From: Takakia lepidozioides
Taxonomy: Eukaryota > Plantae > Bryophyta
NCBI GenBank assembly: GCA_030704615.1
Contig: CM060731.1
Span: 67,642,001 to 67,706,000, forward strand
DNA: 64,000 nt
Direction of reading: 5' to 3'
Made by a program: the position numbers and the translations under genes
The notes under the pieces: generated by a model
Told to the model about the DNA's origin: nothing
The model's database searches: none
The model's input: only the letters and a program-made list of their open reading frames with translations
In this document: positions 10,594-22,813 of the stretch, piece by piece
Layout of the letters: each line of letters opens with the position of its first letter
How positions within the stretch are numbered: the stretch's first letter is position 1

Positions 10594-13500
10594 ATGGAGC
10601 TGCCGGCAAACAGCAAGGTGCACCCAGTATTCCATGTCTCCATTTTGAAGCCTTACTTCAAAGATGAAGCGGACATCAAGTGTTGCGTCTGCCACCTATG
10701 CTGTTGGATCATGAACTTGAACCTGAGTACGAGGTGGAGGCAATACTTAAGTCGAGGAGGTTCAAGAACCGAACCTCATTCATAACCTTCCGAATGCGAA
10801 AGGGTCCCGCATACGGAGGTACGAACTTCGGACTCACTTCCGGAGGTAGTCGGAAATTCTTGACGTTCAACCAGACCTCTGTGCCTGCCTCAAACTTCAC
10901 TTCCCTCCGCTTCCGATTCGCCTGTCTTTCATACTGTTTCCTAGCTTTGGCAATGTTGTACTTTGCGAGCTTCAACAAACGCTCGCGTTCTTCCAGTACC
11001 GCCGCTACTGCCGGTTCCTCAACGTCCTGGGCGGCCCAACTTGTCGGCACCAGAGGTGCTTTTCCATAGACCAATACGAAAGGGGAAACTCCTGTTGCGG
11101 AGTGTATTGTGTTATTATAACAGAACTTTGCCGCGTCTAAGTGTTCCATCCAGTCTGATTGGTCTGCCGACACGTAATTCCGCAAGAATTGCTTCACTAC
11201 GGAATTCACTCTTTCCGTTTGGCCGTCCGTCGTAGGTCGGAAGGCGGTGCTCATCTTCAGCCTCGTCCCCATCTTCTTCAAAGTGTCCTCCAAAATTTAC
11301 TCGTAAACTTTGGATCACGATCCGAGACAATATCCTTCGGGACTCCATGATGCTTTAAGACGTGGGCGAAGTAAAGTCGCCCTGTCTCCTGCGCCGTTGC
11401 TGTCTCCTTGGTGGGGATGAAATGGCCCATTTTACTGAACCTATCCACCACCACCATGATTGCATCGAATCCTTTTGACAGCGGCATAGCAGTCATGAAA
11501 TCCATCGAGACGCTTTCCCAAGTCCCCTCTGGAATCGGCAAGGGTTGTAACAGCCCCGCTTGCTTTTTGTACTCGCTCCGGTTTTGTTGGCATGTGGTGC
11601 ATGTCTTGACATACTCCTCTGCCTCCTCCCTCAGTTTGGGCCAGAAATACTCTTTCTTCAAGAGTGCCGCAGTGCGCTTGGCTCCGCCGTGGCCCGCAAG
11701 CGAGCTATCATGGCATGCTCTCAAGAGGCTATCTCTGATCCCTCCCTTCGGCATGTAGAGACGCTTTTGCTTATACCGGAGCAGTCCATTTTGCAAGTGG
11801 AACTGCGATTTAACCCCCATCCTCAAGTCCTGCATCACGGACTTTGCCAGCTCATCCTTCCGGCAAGCCTTCCGGATCTTCCTTTGGAGCGCCGTCTCGC
11901 CCTTGTACACCAACAAGAGCTGCTGCTTTCTACTTAAAGCATCGGCTACCACGTTGTCTCGTCCCGGTTTGTACTGGATATCCACGTCGAACACTGCCAA
12001 AGTATCTTGCCACCTAAGTTGTTTTGGGGACAACTTGGGCTGCGTGGCAAAATACTTCACCGTGACATTGTCCGTGAACACCTTCACTGGGTTGGAACCA
12101 ACATAGTGGCGCCAAAGCTCAAGACAGTGCACCACCGCCTTCATCTCTTTCTCGTGCGTCGGCCACCGTCGCTCCACTTCATTCAGTTTCTTACTTTCGT
12201 AAGCCACCGGACGTCCATCTTGCATCAGTACACCCCCAATCGCGAAGTCCGACGCATCTGTATGTATCTCGAACGGACGATCGAACTCCGGGATTTTCAA
12301 GACTGGAGCTTCCGCCATCCGCTGCTTCAATTCAGCAAAAGCTTGGCCACACAAGGTGTTCCATACCCAGACTTTGGATTTACATAGAAGGTCTGACAAC
12401 GGCCCCGCGATCTTGGCGAAATTTCTCACATACTTCCGGTAATAGGAGGCGAGTCCTAGGAAGGATCGCACTCCCGGACCGAAGTCGGAGGCTCCCAGTC
12501 TCCTAGGAGATCGCCCTCGGAGGCTCCCAGTCTAAGATCGCCCTCATCTTTTTGTCATCCATTTTGATCCCATCCTTTTCACATGCCCCAGGAACTCCAC
12601 TTTTGTGACCCCGAATTCACACTTTGAAACTTTGGCATACAGCTTCCCTTCTCGCATTTTTGGAACACCCTTTTCAGGTGCTCCAGGTGCTCCTCCTTTG
12701 TTTTCGAGTACACCAAGATGTCGTCGATGTACACGATCACAAAGTCATCCAACCACTCCTGAAAAAGGCTGTTCATCAGCGTGCTAAAGGTCGCAGGTGT
12801 ATTGGTGAGCCCAAAAGACATCACCAAGAACTCATATGAACCATACCTTGTCTTGCACGCGGTCTTCTCCTCATCTCCTTCCGCCACCCGAATTTGATGA
12901 TAGCCGGAGCGCAAGTCAATCCGGCTGAAATACTTCGCTCCTGCCAACCGGTCGAAAAGGTCGTCGATCCTTGGCAAAGGGGTACCAGTTTTTATAGTCA
13001 CCTTATTCAAGCCCTGTAATCGACACACATCCGCAGCGTCCCATCCTTCTTGTCTGCGAATAGCACCGGGCTCCATAAGGTGACTTACTTCTGCCGGATG
13101 TACCCCTTTGACATTAGATCCTTGAGCTGAGTCTTTAGCTCGACCAACTCCCTGTGGCTCAACCGGTAGGGTGCCTTGGCAGGCGGTTCCGATCCCGGTA
13201 TCACCTCAATCTTGTGGTCAACTCCTCTTCGCGGTGGCAAGCCGCTTGGTAAATCCTCCGGCATCACATCCTGGTATTTCTCCAAAATCCCCTTGATCCA
13301 ATCTGGGCTCGGCTCCCCATCGCCTTCTCCTTTCACTTCTCTAATGTAAAGCAAAATTGGGGCTCGTGTGCCTCCTCCACGGCCCACTCCCTTGCTGACA
13401 GAAGGTTTATTCGCCCTCCCATGGATTTGGGCGTTTCCGACACTCGTAAGCCTCGCCACCATTCCCACATGGCAGTGTGATTACTCTCTTGCGGCCATCT

Positions 13501-13780
13501 ATGACCGCTCCGGATTTGCTCAAAAAGGTCATCCCCAAAATGAGATCCACTCCATCGATCTTGCAGATGGTGAAGTTCTCACGTCCCTCCCAACTCCCCA
13601 GTTGAAGAGGAACATCAAACGCCAACCTTGTCGCCATCTGTGGTTCTCCTTTGGCAGAACGCACCTCAATAGAGGCCCCCACGTCACTTGTCGGGAGTCC
13701 CAACTTTCGCGCCTGCCACCGGCGTCATGAAGGAGTGCGACGCTCCTGTGTCCACCAACAACGACACCTTAGTTCCGGAT
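10594..13780 (-). pseudogene. Chromovirus pol (PR-RT-RNaseH-INT), frameshifted, with inverted chromodomain start
   Basis: [40 protein letters not shown] and TDGQTER motifs across several frames. Confidence 0.9.
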
Positions 13781-13781
13781 A

Positions 13782-14945
13782 TTATCCCATCCACGAACAA
13801 TAACTGACTCCCTTTACGCAGGCGCCAGTTTCCTGATACAACTCACAAGAATAGTTGCCTACCTTGCAAGTCCTGGCGACCACCGCTTCCACCAAGCGAC
13901 TGATGGTATCTTCCGACAGCTCCGTGGTTGCCCAGTCATGTTCAATTGTCGAGGTTTTGTGCACTTCTTGGCCATGTGCCCGGCTCCCGCAATTGAAACA
14001 CACTCCATCAAAGGTCGCCTTCTGTCCGCCATAAGCCGCTCCACCCGCTTTTCCTTTCGAAGCACCAGGTGCCGCCTTGACGTGTGAAGGCCCTCCCTTC
14101 GATTTCCACGTGCCATTGTCGCCGCGTGGCCTATCCCACTTCTTTTCCGGTCGGAAGGAGTCACCTTCCCGCCGGGTCTTCTTGTGGTTCAGCTCCGTAC
14201 GGCCTTGTCTCTCACCCCTAGGGACATCCGAGAAACATTCAGCCCTCTCAATTGCCTCGTTCAAAGTCTTGGGTGGCTTCTCCTCCAACTTCCGCCTGGC
14301 CCATGGGGTCAGTCCCGCCACAAAGTTGAAGACCATTTCTGGTTCTGCCATGTCCGCGACTTCGAGCAACAGCACATTGAAAGCCTGGACATACCCCCGA
14401 ATGTCATCTGTTTGCTTCAAATTCCTCATCTTGTCCCGGGCAAGCCAGGACGCGTTGAGAGGCACAAACTGTCTCTTCATCAACTCCTTGAACCCACTCC
14501 AGTTCAAGGTTTCCGGGCTTGGACCTCGGTCGTGAAGGCGTTTCTGCCACCATTGTTGAGCATAGCCCCTCAAATAGGTGGGAGCCACTTCCACCCGATC
14601 CTCGTCACTCAACTTGGCCGCCCGGAAGTACTGCTCTAGCTCCAAGAGCCAGGTGTTGAGTGCCTTCTGATTTCGGACGCCCTCGAAGGTGCCGGGTTCC
14701 TTAGGCTTCACCTTAAACTTTGCCTTAGCGGAAGTGGCATTAGCCGCCTTCAACACGTCTTTCAACGTCCCGCCAAACTGCGCCAACAACCCTTCCCAAA
14801 AAGCTGCCGGCATGGGAGGCATCTGTTGGTCTGTCGAAGCTCTCAGGGATTCCTCGGGCTCCGACTCCTCGGATTCCTCCCGCTCTTGAGTGGCCTCGTT
14901 TTCAGAAACCTGAGTCGCTTCCTCAAACGGCCGCTTCGGTGACAC
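13782..14945 (-). CDS. Chromovirus gag (frameshift at the zinc knuckle)
   Basis: Retrotrans_gag-like KPKEPGTFEG..WLLELEQYF..AQQWW; CFNCG knuckle. Confidence 0.85.
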   Translation of the reverse strand: MSPKRPFEEATQVSENEATQEREESEESEPEESLRASTDQQMPPMPAAFWEGLLAQFGGTLKDVLKAANATSAKAKFKVKPKEPGTFEGVRNQKALNTWLLELEQYFRAAKLSDEDRVEVAPTYLRGYAQQWWQKRLHDRGPSPETLNWSGFKELMKRQFVPLNASWLARDKMRNLKQTDDIRGYVQAFNVLLLEVADMAEPEMVFNFVAGLTPWARRKLEEKPPKTLNEAIERAECFSDVPRGERQGRTELNHKKTRREGDSFRPEKKWDRPRGDNGTWKSKGGPSHVKAAPGASKGKAGGAAYGGQKATFDGVCFNCGSRAHGQEVHKTSTIEHDWATTELSEDTISRLVEAVVARTCKVGNYSCELYQETGACVKGVSYCSWMG

Positions 14946-15060
14946 GTCGCCCCCATCGGCTCACCAGGATCATCATCTTTTGGGCCATTCCGCTTTCGCT
15001 TTGGCTTGCCCGACCCCATGATGAGGCCAATCCCAAGGACAATCGCGTACTGAACTCTAA

Positions 15061-15072
15061 GCTCTGATACCA
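15061..15072 (-). promoter_or_regulatory. Primer-binding site for tRNA-iMet
   Basis: TGGTATCAGAGC 2 nt inside the 5' LTR end; identical site at 34448-34459. Confidence 0.92.
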
Positions 15073-15808
15073 AGTGTCGCGCACCTCACTTCGGTAAGCT
15101 CCCCCTCAAGTCATAGTTACTCGCTTTGATGCGCGCGCCTGACTCCCAACCTGGCCGCCGGGCCAACTTGGAGCTTCGGCTGCTCACCAGGGCATAACGG
15201 TCCCCCTTTGTTCTCCCAAAGAACCCTCCACCGATTTGGAACCAGCGGAATTCCCTTTGGTAGTTGGCAGTCCGGAACAGCTCCCCACTCTTTGGTCGCT
15301 TTCCGGCTCGCTCGCTTACTCACTAGTTTTTGGTCACCAACGGGCTTGCACCGTTCTCGGGGTTACTACTCCCTATATATACTTCTGTAGCTGTCCGTGG
15401 GGGTTCCACAACCAGCCATGCCATTTTATGGCGAACCACCACGAAAACCCTCGACTCCCGGTGATGAGTCGCGGTGAGTCTTGGCCCACTCACCACGGCC
15501 CCTATGGACCGTGATGAGTCCCAAGACTCCCCACGACTCCCACCACGAGGTCTCCGCCCCCATGGTGAGTCCTATGCCACCCCCACTAAGTCCCGCTAAG
15601 CTACCACCACCCCTTGTGGAGCCACCCCCACCGCAACCCGGTGTGCGGGGCTCCACCTAGTGAGCGCCTCCGCTTCCCTGAGTGCCTTGGGCACTCAAGG
15701 GTGCTTCAGCCCCCCATACCTATCGCTGCCGCCGCCCGCTGCCCCCACCACAGGGGCAGCCCCTCATGTGTCCCGACCCCCCTGCTCTCAAGGCAAAGGG
15801 CCGCGACA

Positions 15809-18800
15809 GGAACCTTGCTGTGGACTTGGCTGTGTTGTCCCTCAAAGCTTTAGCTTCCACCCACTTCGTAGTATAATCAGTGGCTGTAATTATGTACCTG
15901 TTTTGTGTATTCTTGGCTGGTGGCTTAATTGGTCCAACAAAGTCTAGTCCCCATTTCTGAAATGGTTCCGTAGGCATTGTAGGATGCAAAGCCATCTTCC
16001 CAGATCTTTGCAGAGGTTCTAGCCTCTGACATTCATCACAACTCTGACAATACTTGTGTACATCTTTGAACAAAGTAGGCCACCAGTAACCTGCATGTAG
16101 TATCTTCCTACTGGTAGTCTCTTCTCCAAATGACCTCCTGCCACTCCTTTATGAACTTCCTCCAAAACTTTTATTAACTTCATGGTGGTATAAGCATCGC
16201 TTCAGCACTCCATCTGGTCCTAGCTTATACATTCTGCTCCCTACCATAGTGTAGGTAGAGCCTTGATAGCAATTCTCTTTCTCTGCTCCTTTCCATAACT
16301 TGGTGGGCACTGACCATGATCAAGGTAGTATCTGATTGGCCACTACCAATCTAACCAGTCATCTGCACTTCCCTGCACCTCCACTGCAAAGACTCGCATC
16401 TGGTAATTGATCATCTACTCCCGTGGCTGGTTCTCCTGTTGATAACCGTGACAAGTGATCCGCCACAAGATGCAGCCTCCCAGGCTTGTAAACAACCTCG
16501 AACTCAAACTCGTGCAAGATTATCAACCATCTTGCTATTCTTCCGCTTATCAGAGGTTTGTTTACCAGGTATATCAGAGCCCGGTGATCCACATAGAACA
16601 TAAACTTCTTGCCCAACAGGTAATGCCTGAATTTCTTCACTGCATAGATCATTGCCAATGCTTTCCTTTCCGTTGTGCTATAATTCTTTCTGCATTGTTC
16701 ATCATCGGCTAGCATAGTACACAGGTGAATCTATCCTTCCTGTAACATTTTGGGCTAATACTGCTCTAGTGCTTCTCCAGAAGCATCACAGTGAACATGA
16801 AATATTTCCTTCCTGCCAGTGAGGATTAATCAGCACAGGTGTAGTTGTTACTGACAATGTAAGTTCCTCAAAAGCCTGTTGACATTCAAGTGTCCATGCA
16901 AACACTGCATCTTTCTTCAGAAATTTGCTCAATGGTGCTGCTATCTGTGCATACCGTCTGACAAATCTTCTGTAATAACTGGTTTGCCCAAGGAATCTCC
17001 TTAGACTCTTAACATTCACTGGTGGTGGAGAGGCTTTAATGGCCTCTGTTTTCCTGGGATCCACAAGAAGTCCCCTCTTACACACAATGTGTCCCAGAAG
17101 CACCCCTGAGTTCACACAGAAAGTATACTTCTCTGGATTCAGGCCCAGACCTCTCATCCTGCATCTGGCCAGACATAACTCCAATTTATGCAAGTGCTCA
17201 TTCTTAGAGCTGTACACACTGAAATCATCCAAGAACACCTGCATGAAATCATCCAGATACTCATGAAAAGATTCACTTATCACTCTCTGAAAGGTTGCTG
17301 GTGCATTACAAAGTCCAAAGGGCATGACTTTGTATGCATAAGCACCCCAGTCTGTGATGAAAGCTGTCTTTCCTTGGTCTTCTTCTGCCACTTGCACTTG
17401 ATTATAACCACTGAAGCCATCCATGAATGAGTACATCTCATGGCCTGCCACAGTGTCCAATACTGCTTCTGTGAATGGCAAAGGGAAAGGATCTTTCTTC
17501 GTTACAAGCATTCAACTTCTTGTAGTTCACACAAACTCTTAGTTTACCATTCTTCTTGGGAACTATCACAATGGGTGACAACCAAGTTGTATACTCTATT
17601 GGGTATATAAACTTAGCCTCAGCCAACTTCTTGATCTCTTCTCCAACCTTCTGTGCATAGTTGGGATTCATTCTGTACCTTGCCTGCTTGATTGGTACTG
17701 ATCCTGGTTCCAGTTCAATCTTATGCTGACAGATCTCAGGTGGTATCCCTTTTAGATCCTCGTAGCTCCAAGCAAACACATCTCTGTATTTGATGAACAA
17801 ACTCTTAGCTTCTTCAAAGAATTCTGGCTCCAAATCAGCTCCTACCTTCACCATCCTTGGTTCCTCTTTAGTTCCCACATTCACTTCCCTCACCTGCTCA
17901 TCAGCTGTGATTGTCCAACCAGTCACCACTTCATCCTGTAAACTCACAGTGGCTGGTTCCTCTAGGATTTCCATTTCTCCTTCTCTTTCTTCATAGAAAT
18001 GTGATGGGTAACTGCTGGTTTCCTCTTCAATTGGTGTTGCTGACACTACACCACAGCAGATACCTCTTAAACAACTTAGGCCTTCCAGCCGCATCTCTGC
18101 AACCTGCTCCCACTCTGGGTGTGCAGCAAACAGGGTAGCTTCCTGCTCCTCATCCAGTCCTCCTCTCCAGTCATACTCTCTGACCCCTCGAGGTCTTCTC
18201 GTAGCAGGTAATCTACTAGATTTCTTTGTGGTAATTTGTATCTCGTGCATCCCATTATGCACGGTTAGTAACTGAGAATTCCAGTCATGGAATACCCTGG
18301 CCTGTTTCAGCCACGGACGTCCCAATAATAAGGAGTAAGCCTCCATGACTTCATCCATCTTCAACACAGTTACTGTGATCATAAAGATCATCTTCTGTAT
18401 CTGTATCTGTATCTTAACTCCTCTTATCAATCCCAATGGCTGTACACTCCTTTGATCTGCCATTGTTACTGTAAATGGGCTGGTTTCATGTTACTTAGAC
18501 CAAGCTTCTTTTAATTGGTCTGTCATGAATATTTACTCCAGAGCCTCCATCTATCAGTACATCAGTTAGTTCTGTGCTTCCAATTCTCAATTGGATTACT
18601 GGCATAGAATCATCAAAGTCCATGACTGTTTCTCGCCCTTCCGGCTTCACATTATAACTGGTCACCTTGCTGTTCAGGTCTGTGTTTCCTGTCTCCTGGG
18701 CAATTCGATTGATTGCTTGATACAGCCTGTGTCTACAATAAGGTGCCACAGCCAATAGCTGTCCAATGGTAATCTCTGCTTTGGTCTGGCATATTACTTC

Positions 18801-19151
18801 AGCCAAAGTCCCTTCATTACTTTGCATGTCTGCAGCTTCTTTCTTCCTTTCATCCTCACTCACTTCTTCTTCTCCATCAGAATCAGAGGAATCTGCCACA
18901 GGAATATCAGTACTCTTCTGCATTTCCCTTATGGTATCTGCCACTTCCTTGTGCAGTTCCTTCTCATCTCTCCAAGCCTCATCATCTTCAGGCATATCAC
19001 TGCCATCTTCATTATCATCATCTTCCTCAACTACTGGAGGTATTAGTTTGGCTTTGCTTCTTGTTACTATCATTGTACTTACTTCTGGTACAACACATGG
19101 CCTAACCATGTGAGCTGCCACCACTGGGCCCTCATTCACAGGAGCTCTCAT
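15809..19151 (-). pseudogene. pol (PR-RT-RNaseH-INT N-terminus) of the Athila/Tat-like element, frameshifted
   Basis: [49 protein letters not shown] motifs. Confidence 0.9.
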
Positions 19152-21026
19152 CTCATTCTGGTGTCTAATCCAGAATGAACAGGCTGCCTTGCGATGTCTG
19201 ACTGATTACAATAGTAACACAGTTCTTCACCATTGGGTCCTCGCCCTTGGTCTGCTCTTGGATTATTTCTGTAATCTTGATTCCCTGGCTGGTAATTCCC
19301 CCTTGGATTACCCTGATAGTTGCCTCTGGAATTTCCTTGGTAATTCCCTCTTGAATTACCTCTCCCTTCCATGCCATTGTTATAACCACCAGGCCTACCA
19401 TAGTGGTCCTGATCATTGTTTCTTCTTGGCTGGGGCTGCACTTGATGCACCCTTACTTGCCTAGGTTCTCTTGCAGCTGTCCTTCTGTTGTAGTAACAAT
19501 TCTCAGTAGAATGGTTATCCATTTTACAGATAGTACAGTGTTTCTCCTTCATGTGGCATTCAGTGGTGGTATGGCCTTCATTCTGGCACTTTGCACACCA
19601 AACACCCTTCCTCCAATGTGTTGCAGCCTCTGTGGCATACTTCTTCAAGATTTCTTCTAATCTTTTCTCATAGTTATCCCTCTTCAACTTCTCCTTTCTC
19701 TTACTCTTCCTTTTTAGTTCTTGCTCTTCTTCTTCATCTGACTCATCCTCAGAGTCCTCATCATCCATTTTCTCTCTCCTGAGCATTCCCAATTGCTCAA
19801 TTCTGTTTGCAGTTTCAAATGCCTCCTCCACTGTATTATGGGGTAACATATCCACTTTCTTCTGCAACTCTGGTCTTAGTCCACTCACAAACCAAGTCTT
19901 CTGTAAACCTGGTGCTGGTACAGCAGCCAGCTTTTTCATCATCAATTCCATCTTTTCCATATACTCCTCAACAGTTTCATGCTTTTTTTGCTTTAACTGT
20001 TGTAAACTTCCATACACTTCATCCTCAGTTTTACTTGTCCTGAACCTATTTCGGAATGCTGTATTCAAGCCATTCCAGGTTAGGAAATGATTATCAGGGA
20101 ATCTTGCATACCATTCACTTGCTTTCTTGATAAGTGAACAAGGAAACAATCTCATCTTGGCATCATCGCCATTCTCATTGTTCACTATACACATGTGCTC
20201 AAATTGGCTAATGTGTACATCGGGATCCCCTTTTCCTGAATATATTGGAAAGGGTGGTTTTGCCCGTGTTGGTTGTAACGCCATCTGTGGCCCTACCTTC
20301 TGCCCACTGACAGGTGCTGGCACCCTTGCTGGTGCTGGTCCTTCAGGACCTGTTGTTGTTGTGGTGGATCTTCCACCAAGTGGTGGCCCTTGAGCACTCC
20401 TTGTTACTGGCCCCACGATATTCACAGTATTCCCAGCTCCAGTTGCACTACTTCCCACACTCCCTGTCCCCCCAGAGCCAGATCCAGGCAGCCCGCCTGA
20501 TCCCCATGAGCCGACACCTTCGTTGGCCTGTGATCCAAGTGCTCCACTTGATCCAGGTCCAACGGGTTGGGATGTCCTGGTTGTAGTCTCGGTCTACTTC
20601 TTCATACTCTTCCTCTTCCAATTTCTTCTTCTTCTCTCATTTTCATCCTCCAAGTTCTGCCCTTGGGTTTCTTCTTCACTCATGTAACTCAACTGTAATG
20701 GTGTTGGAGAGTCTGAACTCTCCGTTGGCTCTGCCACATCCTCTCCTCCTTCTTCACCTTCCGCTTCAAAAACTGGAGTTCCTGCTTTTGGTGTTCCATG
20801 CCAACTCTTTATCAAAGATTTCTGTCAAATCTTTTATCCAGGGATGTACCTCAGATCTTTCACCTCGTGATTGATCTTCTTCCCGTACCAATTCCCTTAA
20901 TCTTTCTTGCAAAGAAAAAGAAGGAGTGGCATCCAACTCTAGTTCTTCCGGTATGGGTGATGTACTCTCTGATCTTATGGTGTGAGAGGTCCAGATGATT
21001 CCCCTATGTCTATTCCTCTCTCCCAA
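19148..21026 (-). pseudogene. gag of the Athila/Tat-like element (tandem CCHC knuckles, GN-rich repeat), frameshifted
   Basis: YSGKGDPDVHISQFE..LFPCSL..ASEWY; CAKCQNEGHTTTEC and CTICKMDNHSTENC. Confidence 0.85.
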
Positions 21027-21127
21027 AGATATGGATAATTAGCTTTCAGATAGCTTTCTCTTTTTGTTGAATATCTCTGGCGTCTAGCTTCTCTTTCATC
21101 ACTCATGTCCCATGTCTTTCATTTCTT

Positions 21128-21808
21128 TTAATGTGGCAATAACCAAAACTCTCTTCTGTAATATCTCTCGTATATGCCTGGGTTTCTTTCAAGCTTCAAT
21201 GCACCCTTGGCTATACTAGAAGTCTCCGTTACCATATAACCATATGGCAAACAAGTCTGGAAAGCTGTTCTTGGTGTGAGTTTGATCCACAAAATATCCT
21301 TTGGAATCCAATTCTTTACCAGTACAAGCTCTTCATGCATATGAGTATAAACATTCACCTTTCTTTCCTCCCAGCCTTCAAACTCTACTCGCTTAATGGA
21401 TAGCAATGCTATCACATAAACCAGTGTTGTTCCTCTACAGGCCACCTGATAAATCTTTATCACTCCTTTCTCCAGACCCCACTCAGGGTCAGCATCATGC
21501 ACTCTCTTAAGAATGTTTTCTTTACAACCGTCTGGCAATTCCAAGAACCTCTGAAAGAATCGTTTGGACAATCTTTCCTTCTCAGTTTCACAGGGAATTT
21601 GATTCACATCAAATTCTTTAATTCTCCATCCACCATGATCCCACCAGATGCCTGTAACATCTGGTTGTTCATGACCCAGTTCCCCTGTATGGTCGCCAAA
21701 TGTCGCGCGGCTTTTACTCACCCATCCCTTCGCTATCCGAGGCGGGAACTCCAAGATAGAAGAGTTGGAAATCTCTAAGCACTCAGCCCGCTCAGAACAA
21801 TCAGTCAT
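21128..21808 (-). CDS. Upstream ORF (226 aa) starting inside the 5' LTR and crossing the PBS; unknown function
   Basis: Open frame with its ATG in the LTR; no recognised motif. Confidence 0.4.
   Translation of the reverse strand: MTDCSERAECLEISNSSILEFPPRIAKGWVSKSRATFGDHTGELGHEQPDVTGIWWDHGGWRIKEFDVNQIPCETEKERLSKRFFQRFLELPDGCKENILKRVHDADPEWGLEKGVIKIYQVACRGTTLVYVIALLSIKRVEFEGWEERKVNVYTHMHEELVLVKNWIPKDILWIKLTPRTAFQTCLPYGYMVTETSSIAKGALKLERNPGIYERYYRREFWLLPH
21680..21700 (-). promoter_or_regulatory. Primer-binding site (TGGCGACCA..., possibly tRNA-Arg)
   Basis: TTTGGCGACCATACAGGGGAA directly inside the 5' LTR; tRNA identity is inferred. Confidence 0.7.
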
Positions 21809-22708
21809 GACCTACAGCTAGTGTATCATGGGGGTGTTTCCTTTTTGTTTTCCTTCCCGCATTCATGTTAGCTAGTTACCTTACTGTTGGTATTTAAGTA
21901 TCACTTTGCTTCAGCAATCTATCGGATTCCATCAACTCATCCATTCATTCCACAGCTTCACTCAGATCTCTCTACACAGTGTGAGTATGAAGTATGTATT
22001 AGATTAATATCTATCAAGTATCGGGCTGAAGCCATGGTATCTCTATTCTGCTCTACATTACAACTCTACTTCTTGCATTCAGCAAGTATCAACAGATCGT
22101 TCTCCTCCTACTCCGTGCTCTCCCTTTTTCTGCTCAGAGATGCGCTCTCCGCTTCATTTCCAAGTTTTGATTTCCCCCCGAAGTCCTTCCAGAAGTGCTC
22201 CCAGAAGTCATTCTCCCCCAAGAAGTGATGATTTCCAGTCCTCGCTCTTGGCTTTATCTTCCTACCCGTTGTTCTAACCGTTTCCCTCACTAACCGTCAT
22301 CCGTGAACTAACATGTTCCATTCGCAGATGTTGTTCCCCACAGTCGTTCCCTGTCCTGCTATCCGTTCCCTATGGTCGTGACAGCTGTGTCAAGCTGTGA
22401 CTGGCTGTGTGAAACTGTGACGGGCTGTGACTGGCTATGCGACTGTGTTGGGCTGTGTCGGGCTGTGTCGAGCTGTGACTGGCTGTGCGACTGTGTCGGG
22501 CTGTGACGGGCTGTGTCGAGCTGTGATTGGCTGTGGCGGCTGTGTCGGCTGTGTCGGACTGTGACGGACTGTGACGGGCTGTGTAACCCCCCCCCCTAAA
22601 GTGCGCTGCTGTCACCCCTAAGGCTCCTGTTGGTCTCATTCTGTGCAAAAATTAAGGGTACCCCACAGATCCCGTAAAAGTGCCTAAGTCCCAGACAGTC
22701 CTCTAACA
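21701..22708 (-). repeat. 5' LTR of the Athila/Tat-like element
   Basis: Matches 3370-4300; longer GCTGTG array (about 22380-22585) and a 20-bp insertion. Confidence 0.95.
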
Positions 22709-22813
22709 CCTAGTAGTCTAAGCCATAAGCCGCAACAGGTTCTCTACCTGGTTATCTTGTGGAAAGGGGGATTAGAGACAGGTTTATAATAGGTGTGGTT
22801 GTGAGTTTTCATC

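Larger units (their letters stand above)
9002..15808 (-). mobile_element. Chromovirus Ty3/Gypsy LTR retrotransposon, copy 1 (Galadriel-like)
   Basis: LTRs 9002-9726 and 15075-15808, TSD GGAAC (8997-9001 / 15809-15813), PBS TGGTATCAGAGC, gag-PR-RT(YIDDIL)-RH-INT and chromodomain remnant. Confidence 0.93.
3370..22708 (-). mobile_element. Full-length non-chromovirus Ty3/Gypsy LTR retrotransposon (Athila/Tat-like) with extra ORFs
   Basis: LTRs 3370-4300 and 21701-22708 with TG..CA ends, TSD CCTAG (3365-3369 / 22709-22713), PBS, PPT, order gag-PR-RT-RH-INT; RT motif KDPFPLPF..LDTVAGHEMYSFMDGFSGYNQV. Confidence 0.93.

Noticed and set aside
11278-19151. Programmed frameshifting to explain the many pol frame changes
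   Set aside because: Indels are scattered, often in homopolymers, and differ between the two chromovirus copies; decay or long-read error is more likely (also the small duplication at about 12487-12535)
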